From NCBI GenBank assembly GCA_036524375.1, contig DATDCK010000053.1, positions 12,279 to 76,278 of the forward strand: 64,000 nucleotides of DNA, written 5' to 3'. Below are positions 52,340 through 59,981 of the stretch, piece after piece (the stretch's first letter is position 1; each line of letters opens with the position of its first letter). The notes below the pieces were generated by a model. It was not told where the DNA came from. It ran no database searches and saw only the letters and a list, made by a program, of their open reading frames with translations. The translations under genes and the position numbers were made by a program. This DNA is from Solirubrobacterales bacterium. Lineage in GTDB: Bacteria; Actinomycetota; Thermoleophilia; Solirubrobacterales; 70-9.

Positions 52340-53050
52340 TCAGAAGGCGGAGCGCAGCATGCCGCCGTCGATCGGGATCACGGTGCCGGTGACGTAGGCG
52401 GCGCGATCGGAGCAGAGGAAGGCGACCAGGTCCGCGTACTCGGCCGGGTCGCCGAGGCGGCCGGCGGGGATTTCGCGGCGGGCGGCCTCTTCGGCGCCGT
52501 CGAGCGAGCCGCCGGCGTCGGCGAGGCGCTCGGTCGCGAAGCGGCCGGTGGCGACCGTGTTGACGGTGATGCCGTCGGCGGCGACCTCGCGGGAGAGCGT
52601 CTTCAGGAAGCCGACGCTCGCCATCCGGTGGGCGTTGGAGAGGGCCAGGCCGGGGATCGGCTCGCGGGTCGAGGTCGAGCCGACGTTGACGATCCGACCC
52701 CAGCCGCGCTCGCGCATCCCGGGCAGCACCGCCTCCGCGAGGACGCGGGGCGCGAGGACCAGCGAGCGGTAGGCGGCCTCCCACTCGTCGACGCCGTGCT
52801 CGAGGGCGGCCCCGAACGGCGGCCCGCCGGTGTTGGCGACGAGGATGTCGATGGGGCCGAGCTTCGCCTCGACCTCGCCCGGCAGCTCCCGCAGGCGATC
52901 GAGGTCGCCGGTGTCGGCGACGAACGGCCCGGAGCGACTGGCAGCAGCTACATGGGCGCCTTCGGCGGCGAGGGACTCGGCGATCGCGCGGCCGATGCCG
53001 CGGCTTGCTCCCATCACCAGGGCGACGCGCCCCTCGAGCCCTAGATCCAT
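52340..53050 (-). CDS. SDR family oxidoreductase (FabG-like)
   Basis: GASRGIGRAIA, NVGS and the YxxxK region. 236 aa. Confidence 0.9.
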   Translation of the reverse strand: MDLGLEGRVALVMGASRGIGRAIAESLAAEGAHVAAASRSGPFVADTGDLDRLRELPGEVEAKLGPIDILVANTGGPPFGAALEHGVDEWEAAYRSLVLAPRVLAEAVLPGMRERGWGRIVNVGSTSTREPIPGLALSNAHRMASVGFLKTLSREVAADGITVNTVATGRFATERLADAGGSLDGAEEAARREIPAGRLGDPAEYADLVAFLCSDRAAYVTGTVIPIDGGMLRSAF

Positions 53051-53078
53051 GCGGGGAACGTTAAAGTGCGCGAGGCGC

Positions 53079-53174
53079 GCGCCCGTAGCTCAGTGGTCAA
53101 CGCTGCTTTAACGAGTGGCAAAGAGCGTCGGTCTTTCAAGCCGAAGGTCGCGAGTTCGATTCTCGTCGGGCGCA
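53079..53174 (+). tRNA. tRNA-Glu(UUC)-like gene with a 22-nt insertion in the D-loop (96 nt, no encoded CCA)
   Basis: Acceptor GCGCCCG/CGGGCGC (7 bp). D-stem GCTC/GAGC. Anticodon arm TCGGT-CTTTCAA-GCCGA (U33, UUC, A37). Variable loop AGGTC. T-arm GCGAG-TTCGATT-CTCGT. Discriminator A. The D-loop is 31 nt instead of 8-10. Confidence 0.6.
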
Positions 53175-53192
53175 TTCCGTTTTCCTTCCATT

Positions 53193-53220
53193 CCCTGCCG
53201 GAATTTGGCTTCCGGCAGGG
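53193..53220. terminator. perfect 11-bp hairpin downstream of the tRNA and of the TetR gene
   Basis: CCCTGCCGGAA-tttggc-TTCCGGCAGGG. A T-rich run precedes it on the plus strand. No clean U-tract follows on either strand. Confidence 0.35.
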
Positions 53221-53281
53221 AAATCGGAACGAGGGCTCTTTGCGCTGGAGATATGAGACGCCGCTACGCTCAGCCGCGATC

Positions 53282-54607
53282 TCACTCAGCGTCGCTGCTC
53301 TCGGCCCCGATCGCGACCGCGTAGGCCCGCTCGCCGCCGAGAAAGGGAGTCAGGGTGACGTAGACGGCCCAGGGCACCAGCTCCGCGAGGCGCTCGGGCC
53401 CTTTCTGCTTCACGTGGTCGTAGAACAGCGCGTACAGCGCTCCGCCGATCGCCTCACTGGTGATAGGTGGGACATCGGGGGCGATTTCATAGCCGGTCGC
53501 CAGCAACGCCTCCATGCCTTCGGTGACCCGCTCGCGCTGCTCGAGCGCCCGCTTACCCGCTGCATACATCTCGACCGCCCCCAGTCGCGCATACTCTGGC
53601 TCCTGCACGCCGTAGAGGAACATCGCCTCCTGCGTGCCCTGTACCGCGTGCGCCCAGTCTTTGGCCCAGCGGAAGGCCGGCATCGCCGCCGCGAGCATTT
53701 GTAACGAGCCGACGTCCAGAGCCGCGACTATCGCATCCTCCTTGTTCTCGAAGCGCTCGTAAAAGGCGCGGTAGGACATTCCCGCTCGCTCGATGATCTC
53801 CGTGATCGTCGTCTCGGGGTACCCCTTCTCAGCGACCACAGCCGCCAGGGCTCGCAGCAGCCGCTCTGACGGGTTCGAGGCAGTCTGGCGCTCCTCGAAG
53901 GGGAGCGGGCGGAGCACCCGCCGGCGCGGCCCCCGCAGCGGGCCCGGAGGAGGGGGGTAGAGGAGGAGCCATTCCCAGAGCTGTGGCGCGAGGTCCCCCA
54001 GCTCCTCGGGCTTGTCCTGGTAGAGGCGCTTGTGGATCACCTTCTGCACGCCGCCGATCAGTGCTCGCACTATCTCTGAGGGCATCCCCTCGCGCCCCAT
54101 CCCGTCCAGGACCCGCCGGGCGACGTCCTCGAGAGAGTCCGTCGCGCGGTCGAGTAGGGCGACCGCCTCGGAGCCCCCGGCGTAGACCTCCACAAGGCAC
54201 ATCGTCGCCGCTGCCGGCTGCGATGAGACCTTGCTCAGCAGCTCCTGGAAGGCGCGCTGCGTCGCATCGGCGTCGGTCGGCGCCTCACCTTTCGGGGTCA
54301 GTGCCTCGGAGATCGTCTCCACCGCGGGCAGGAGAAGTGCCTCGATCGCCGCCAGGAAGCACTCATGCTTGTCGGTGAAATGCCTGTAGAAAGCGCTGCG
54401 CGAGACTCCCGAGAGCTCGACCAAGTCGGCGACCGTGGTCGCCTCGTAGCCCTGCTCCGCCGCTTTTGCCACCATCGCCCCGAACAGCCGTTCGCGGTGG
54501 TTCTGCTCCGCTTCGGCCGCCGTCGTTCCGCGTCCCGGCGGCAGCGTCTTCTCCCGCAACAGGCTCGAATCTCCCCACGGTGTCTGCACCATCCCAGGCG
54601 GCACCAT
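53282..54607 (-). CDS. single-chain double TetR-family regulator (two TetR_N HTH modules in one polypeptide)
   Basis: HTH 1: RERLFGAMVAKAAEQGYEATTVADLVELSGVSRSAFYRHFTDKHECF. HTH 2: ERLLRALAAVVAEKGYPETTITEIIERAGMSYRAFYERFENKEDAI. Start chosen at MVPPG (54607), where GC3 rises. The track start at 54709 uses atypical codons, and 54592 or 54649 are also possible. Confidence 0.85.
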   Translation of the reverse strand: MVPPGMVQTPWGDSSLLREKTLPPGRGTTAAEAEQNHRERLFGAMVAKAAEQGYEATTVADLVELSGVSRSAFYRHFTDKHECFLAAIEALLLPAVETISEALTPKGEAPTDADATQRAFQELLSKVSSQPAAATMCLVEVYAGGSEAVALLDRATDSLEDVARRVLDGMGREGMPSEIVRALIGGVQKVIHKRLYQDKPEELGDLAPQLWEWLLLYPPPPGPLRGPRRRVLRPLPFEERQTASNPSERLLRALAAVVAEKGYPETTITEIIERAGMSYRAFYERFENKEDAIVAALDVGSLQMLAAAMPAFRWAKDWAHAVQGTQEAMFLYGVQEPEYARLGAVEMYAAGKRALEQRERVTEGMEALLATGYEIAPDVPPITSEAIGGALYALFYDHVKQKGPERLAELVPWAVYVTLTPFLGGERAYAVAIGAESSDAE

Positions 54608-54745
54608 ATCCACGCCTATTGCGACTCCGGATCGACCGAGAATCGGCATTCTAGACGGTAATTTAGCGACTATATTCAGTGCAGGCTCAGGGTAAGCCGT
54701 CGTCATCAATTTGTGACTAGATTAGGGGAGTTCTAGGCAGAAGCC

Positions 54746-54774
54746 TTGACACCACGGTTGATCTATGTTCTAGT
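54746..54774 (+). promoter_or_regulatory. candidate promoter TTGACA-17 nt-TCTAGT facing the large-protein operon, overlapped by TTCTAG motifs
   Basis: TTGACA is at 54746-54751 and TCTAGT at 54769-54774. TTCTAG occurs at 54649, 54731 and 54768. CTAGA-N10-TCTAG lies at 54717-54736. Confidence 0.3.
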
Positions 54775-55313
54775 TAGGCGCGGCTTCCAGGAAGCGCATC
54801 GTTTCGGGCTTCGGAGGGTTAGCAGGGAAGCTGTGCAGAAGAAAGGCAATGCCCGGCAGGGGCTCGCGAGCTTTCGTGAGCTTCCAAGGGGCAGCCAGGG
54901 AACAGGAGAGGAGGGGGAGTACGGGTGATCCACCACGCGAACGCCGAGTCCGCAGGAGCGACTGTGCGCGGGGCTACCGGCGGCCATCCGTCAACCCCGA
55001 AGAGAGACTCTAAAGATTGCCTCGCCTCGGATTCTCATTCCGGGCGCGGTGCAACGGTGAGACAGGGGGGCGACTCCCCAAACGGGCTCTTCCCTGGGCC
55101 CTCAAGCCGCGGGGTCTTTCCTGACCCCAGAGCAGGAGCCGCCGCCAATGTCGCCACTCCCGCGGTCCCCGTTGCTTTCCCTGGCATACGGATCCGCATC
55201 GAGCAGCGCGGGCGGTCCATCCAATGCTCGAGACTTTCCCATCCTCGAGCTCGGGCCGCCCGCGCATGCTCCTCTCCCGTCCGCTGGGGCTCACGGAACA
55301 GAGGAGAGATCGA

Positions 55314-58300
55314 GTGAGGCGGAGCGCGAAAGCTTCGTGCGTAGTCGCGGCAGTCGCCGCCCTGACGCTGTGCCTCGCCGCGAGCGCCCAGGCCTCTCTG
55401 ACGATCTCCGGCTTCTTCGGCTCGACCGCCCCGTTCGCGGGTTGCGGTTGCCTTGCAGGTGAACTCAACGGGCCGCAGGGAATCGCCGTCAACAGCAGCG
55501 GCAACGGCGCGCCGGCGGGGACCATGTACATCGCCGAGCAGGCGCTGAGCAACGGCGGCCAGAGCAACCGCGTCTCGCAGTGGGATTCGACCGGCAAATT
55601 CGTCCGAGCTTGGGGCGCGGACGTCGTCCAGAGCGGCCCCGGCCAGTCCAACGAGGTCAAGCGGGTGACGGTCGATGCCACCGGCGGCAGCTTCAAGCTC
55701 ACCTTCAAAGAAGCGACGACCGCGGACATTCCCGCAACCGCACCGGCGGCAACGGTCCAGACCGAGCTCAATGCCCTGCCACCGATCGGCGCCGGGGGCG
55801 GCGCGGTGAGTGTCTCCGGCGGGCCCGGCGATGCCGGCGGGACCACTCCATATCTGGTCACTTTCGACGGCGGGCCGCTGCAGGGTGGTGTGCAGCCCGC
55901 GATGTTCGCGGCCAATGGCGCTGCGCCGCTCAGCGGTGGCGCGGCGACGGTATCGGTGACCACCCTCAACCCGGGCGCCGTCGGCTTCGAGATCTGTAAC
56001 CCGGCCGACGGCGATGTCTGCAAAGAAGGCGATACCTCGATCAAAAAAGAAGGCGACCCCAAAAGGGAGTTCGGGGGTGCGCTGCGCGCTCCACTCGGAG
56101 TCGCGATCAACCAGACCACCGGCAACGTCTACGTCACCAACCAGGTCGGCGGCGTGCCCTACCTGGTCGAAGCCCTGCGCATCGAGGAGTTCACCGCGAC
56201 CGGCGAGCTGATCCGTTCCTTCGGGCAGGACATCGTCGCCTCCGGCCCCCATGACAGTGCTCCGGCCAGCGAGGCCCAGACCCTGACGGTGACGGCGACG
56301 GGTGGTAAATACACGCTTGACTTCGGCGGCGACGAAACCGGAGAAATCACAGCTGGAAGCGGCAAAGCGGCCGCGATTCAATCTGCGCTCGAGGGCCTCC
56401 CGTCGATCGGGGTAGGCAACATCACGGTCGCCGAGCAGGGGGCCGGGGTCTACGCGATGACCTTCGCCGGCGCGCTCGCCAACAACCCCGAGCCCCTGAT
56501 CGGTGTCGAATCAGGCCCGGGGGAACCGCTCACCGGGGGCGGGGCCAGCGTGCAGCGGACGACAACAGGCGCCACCGGCTACGAGATCTGCACCGCGGTC
56601 GACCTCTGTCAGGAAGGCGAAAACGGCCAGAGCGGTGGAGCACTGAACCCGCATCCGTTCATGTTCCCACCATTCCGGTTCCCGGGACGCCTGGCGGTCG
56701 CTCCGAGCGGGGCCCCCAATGCGGGGAATGTCGTAATTGCCGATCCCGGCAACATGCGCGTGCAGGAGTTCACGTCATCGGGCTCCTTCGTCCGCGCCTT
56801 CGGGCACGACGTGATCGCGGCCGGCCCGGGCGAGAGCGGCACCGGCTTCGAGGTCTGCGAAGCATCTGCCGGCGACGCTTGCAAAACCGGCACCGAAGGC
56901 TCAGCGGTCGGGCAGTTCGCCTTCGGATCGCCGACCAAGCTCGCCGTCGACAGCACCGGCGCGATCTACACCGTCGAGGAGGGGCAGCGGGTGCAGAAGT
57001 TCTCACCCCAGGTCGGCCCGCCGACCCTCGCGCCGTCACTGTTCGGAGGCAGCGAACTGCAGACGGCCGTGGACGTCGCGATCGGACCCGCTGACCACGT
57101 GTTCGTCGCCAGGTCCTTTCCCGAAGGCGGCACATGCCCGGATGGCACCACCTCGGAATTCGAGCAGCATGTGCAGGAGCTGACACCCGCGGGCGTCTCT
57201 GTCGATGACCAGCATGGCGTCTGCAACGGGATCAAAGCCCAGAACGGCGGTTCGCCGATCCCGATCAGCGGTATGGCGGTCGATCCCCTCACCGGCTTCC
57301 TCTACGAGAGTCGCGCGCCCAACGGCTTCTACCCGAAGGAAGAAGCAAACCGCGTCTACATCCTTGCCCCGGGCGGGCCGCCCACGGCTTCGCTGGACTC
57401 GATCGACGACGCCTCGGCCACCGGCGCGGTCGTCAACGGGACCGTCAACCCGAACTCGACCGCGATCGGCATCCCGAAACCGATTCCGACCCTCTTCCAC
57501 CTCGAGTACAGACTGACCGGCAGTCCGACCTGGATCGTCTACGGCGGCGACGTGGGGGCCGGCGCCGGGCTCAACCCGCTTCCGATCTCGGTCTCGCTCG
57601 ACGGCCTCGAACCGAACCGCTCCTACGAAGTGCGCTTCGTCGTCACCAAGCAGTTCCACGAGGGCATCGCGATCACCCCACCACAGACCTTCAACACGCT
57701 GCCCGCGCCGCCCCGGATAGAGGCCTTCTACGCGAGCGACCTGACCGCGAGCTCGGCGAAATTGCACGCCCTGATCAACCCGCTCGGCGAAGACGCGACC
57801 TACGAATTCCAGTATGGGCTGACGCCGAGCTACGGCTCCTCGTCGCCGATCCCGCCGGGAGACATCGCCGCCGGCACCGTCGCGGTCCCGGTCAGCACCG
57901 ATATCACCGGGCTCAACGGCGGCGTCTACCACTTCCGGGTCGTCGCCACCAACGGCGCCGGCACCGCGACCAGCGGCGACCAGACCTTCACCTTCTATCC
58001 GCCCAGCTGCCCGAACGAAGACCTGCGCCAGCAGACCGGCGCCTCGTCCCTGCCCGACTGCCGCGCCTACGAGCTCGTCTCACCCGGCCAAGCCGGGAAC
58101 GTGACGCTGTTCACCGAAGCTCCCTTCGCTCCCGAAGCAACGAGCCCGACCCGCTTCGCCTTCAGCGGGTCGATCGGGGGCGTCAAAGAAACCGGCGAAC
58201 CGCCCTCGGTCTTCAGCGACGTCTACGTCTCCACCCGGACGACCGCCGGCTGGACCACGAGATACACGGGCATCCCCGCCACCCAGGGCACGGTTCACGG

Positions 58301-59981
58301 CGGTCCCCCGGACGCCGAAAACGGAGGACTCAGCGAGAGGCAGTCGATCGGCAGCACCTCGCTCGACAAGATCCTCGACTGGGACTTTGCGCAGACCGGC
58401 TTCATCTGCTGCGGGAAATCCGGCAACAACGCGCCCTTCATGTTCGATGCGGCCGGCAACGAACTGGGCCGGCTGCCGAGCAACGTCGACGACGTGCCAG
58501 GCGCCAAGCTCGACTTCTCCGACGGTGGTTGGCGCGGGGACTCCAGGCCGTCGCCCGATTTCAGCCACTACGTGTTCTCGACCAACGACTTGGAGTTCGC
58601 CCCGGGTGGGCTGACCAACGCCCCCGGTTCCGTCTACGACAACGACGTCGCCAGCGAAGAGATCACCATCGTCTCGAGGACGGCGGCCGGCGACATCCCG
58701 GCCGGCACCGGTGGCTCCAATGAAGTGATCCGGATCCCGGCAGTTTCGACCGACGGCTCGCACATTCTGATGTCGACCAAAGCCGGCATCCCCAACCAGC
58801 TCAGCCCGGTCCACCTCTACATGAGCGTCGACCACGGGCTTGCCGAGGATGTCTCGATCGGTCAGGACGGGCTCAACCACGGGGTCGTCTACAACGGCAT
58901 GACCGCCGATGGCGAGTCGGTCTACTTCACCTCCAGCGAGCAGCTCACCGACGACGACAACGACGAAAGCGCCGACCTCTACGAGTGGCGAGCGGACGAC
59001 CCGGAGTCCCTGACGCGGCTCTCGCAGGGCACCGACGGCAGCGGCGACTCCGACGGCTGCTCCTCCAGCTGGACCTCTAAATGCGACATCCAGGTGGTCA
59101 AGACTGAAACCAGGTCAGACAATGCCCTCGCCCCGCAGAGCGGTGACATCTACTTCTACTCGCCCGAGCAGCTGGTACCCGGAAGGGGTGTGCCTGCCCA
59201 GCGGAACCTCTTCGTCAGCAGGGATGGCGAGCTCCGGCAGGTGACCGTTATGGCGCCGGGCGAGAGCATCGAACGCATCCAGGTCGTCCCTGACGGTGAC
59301 CACATGGCCGTGCTGACCCGGGCGAACTTGACCCTCTACGACAGCGCCGGCCACCTCGAGATGTACACCTACGACCCCGACAGCGGAGCGATCCAGTGTG
59401 TCTCCTGCCTACCTGACGGCAGCCCCCCGACCCGTGACGTCGAAGCGAGCATCAACGGCATCTTCCTTACCAACGACGGCCGCGCCTTCTTCACCACCGG
59501 AGATCCGCTGGTGCCGGAGGACATCAACGCGAAATTGCGCGACGTCTATGAGTTCGTCGACAACCGACCGCAGCTGATCAGCTCCGGCTCGGCGCCGACC
59601 GACACCGACCTGGGCCGGCCGCTCGGCTTGATCGGGGTCACTCGCAGCGGCACCGACGTCTTCTTCACCACCCACGACTCCCTCGTCGGCCAGGACCTCA
59701 ACGGTCCCTTCATGAAGTTCTACGACGCCCGCACGGGCGGCGGTTTCCCGTTCAAGCCCGGGCCGGCGCCATGCCAGGCCGCCGACGAGTGCCACGGGCC
59801 GGCGAGCTCGACTCCGCCGCCGATCACGCCCGGCAGCACGGTCCGGCTCGGCAAGGGCGGCAACGCCGACAAGGCCAAGAAGAAGAACAAGAAGTGCAAG
59901 AAGAAGAAGAAGTGCAAGAAGAAGAAGAGCAAGAAGAAGGGCAACAAGCTAGGAAAGAACCAGAAGGGGGGCAAGTCGTGA
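55314..59981 (+). CDS. very large secreted mosaic protein (1555 aa): NHL-type repeats, repeated ~100-aa modules, FN3-like domains, PD40/TolB-like propeller, poly-Lys/Cys tail
   Basis: GTG start preceded by AGAGGAGAG. Signal peptide VRRSAKASCVVAAVAALTLCLAASAQA|S. NHL-like NRVSQWDSTGKFVRAWG and MRVQEFTSSGSFVRAFG. FN3-like LHALINPLGEDATYEFQYGLTPSYGSS...YHFRVVATNGAGT. PD40-like STDGSHILMST and TADGESVYFTS. Tail KKKNKKCKKKKKCKKKKSKKKGNK. The track start is 55224. Confidence 0.85.
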   Translation: MRRSAKASCVVAAVAALTLCLAASAQASLTISGFFGSTAPFAGCGCLAGELNGPQGIAVNSSGNGAPAGTMYIAEQALSNGGQSNRVSQWDSTGKFVRAWGADVVQSGPGQSNEVKRVTVDATGGSFKLTFKEATTADIPATAPAATVQTELNALPPIGAGGGAVSVSGGPGDAGGTTPYLVTFDGGPLQGGVQPAMFAANGAAPLSGGAATVSVTTLNPGAVGFEICNPADGDVCKEGDTSIKKEGDPKREFGGALRAPLGVAINQTTGNVYVTNQVGGVPYLVEALRIEEFTATGELIRSFGQDIVASGPHDSAPASEAQTLTVTATGGKYTLDFGGDETGEITAGSGKAAAIQSALEGLPSIGVGNITVAEQGAGVYAMTFAGALANNPEPLIGVESGPGEPLTGGGASVQRTTTGATGYEICTAVDLCQEGENGQSGGALNPHPFMFPPFRFPGRLAVAPSGAPNAGNVVIADPGNMRVQEFTSSGSFVRAFGHDVIAAGPGESGTGFEVCEASAGDACKTGTEGSAVGQFAFGSPTKLAVDSTGAIYTVEEGQRVQKFSPQVGPPTLAPSLFGGSELQTAVDVAIGPADHVFVARSFPEGGTCPDGTTSEFEQHVQELTPAGVSVDDQHGVCNGIKAQNGGSPIPISGMAVDPLTGFLYESRAPNGFYPKEEANRVYILAPGGPPTASLDSIDDASATGAVVNGTVNPNSTAIGIPKPIPTLFHLEYRLTGSPTWIVYGGDVGAGAGLNPLPISVSLDGLEPNRSYEVRFVVTKQFHEGIAITPPQTFNTLPAPPRIEAFYASDLTASSAKLHALINPLGEDATYEFQYGLTPSYGSSSPIPPGDIAAGTVAVPVSTDITGLNGGVYHFRVVATNGAGTATSGDQTFTFYPPSCPNEDLRQQTGASSLPDCRAYELVSPGQAGNVTLFTEAPFAPEATSPTRFAFSGSIGGVKETGEPPSVFSDVYVSTRTTAGWTTRYTGIPATQGTVHGGPPDAENGGLSERQSIGSTSLDKILDWDFAQTGFICCGKSGNNAPFMFDAAGNELGRLPSNVDDVPGAKLDFSDGGWRGDSRPSPDFSHYVFSTNDLEFAPGGLTNAPGSVYDNDVASEEITIVSRTAAGDIPAGTGGSNEVIRIPAVSTDGSHILMSTKAGIPNQLSPVHLYMSVDHGLAEDVSIGQDGLNHGVVYNGMTADGESVYFTSSEQLTDDDNDESADLYEWRADDPESLTRLSQGTDGSGDSDGCSSSWTSKCDIQVVKTETRSDNALAPQSGDIYFYSPEQLVPGRGVPAQRNLFVSRDGELRQVTVMAPGESIERIQVVPDGDHMAVLTRANLTLYDSAGHLEMYTYDPDSGAIQCVSCLPDGSPPTRDVEASINGIFLTNDGRAFFTTGDPLVPEDINAKLRDVYEFVDNRPQLISSGSAPTDTDLGRPLGLIGVTRSGTDVFFTTHDSLVGQDLNGPFMKFYDARTGGGFPFKPGPAPCQAADECHGPASSTPPPITPGSTVRLGKGGNADKAKKKNKKCKKKKKCKKKKSKKKGNKLGKNQKGGKS
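59871..59969 (+). repeat. AAG-rich coding microsatellite-like tract (poly-lysine tail)
   Basis: aaggccaagaagaagaacaagaagtgcaagaagaagaagaagtgcaagaagaagaagagcaagaagaag... inside the 3' end of the 1555-aa CDS. Confidence 0.9.

Noticed and set aside
55040-55080. CGGGCGCGGTGCAACGGTGAGACAGGGGGG in the long leader is reminiscent of RNase P RNA or cobalamin-riboswitch fragments.
   Set aside because: The diagnostic elements are absent: no GAGGAAAGTCCGGGC P4 strand, no ACAGAAxCCGGCTTA, and no B12 box. The resemblance is compositional.
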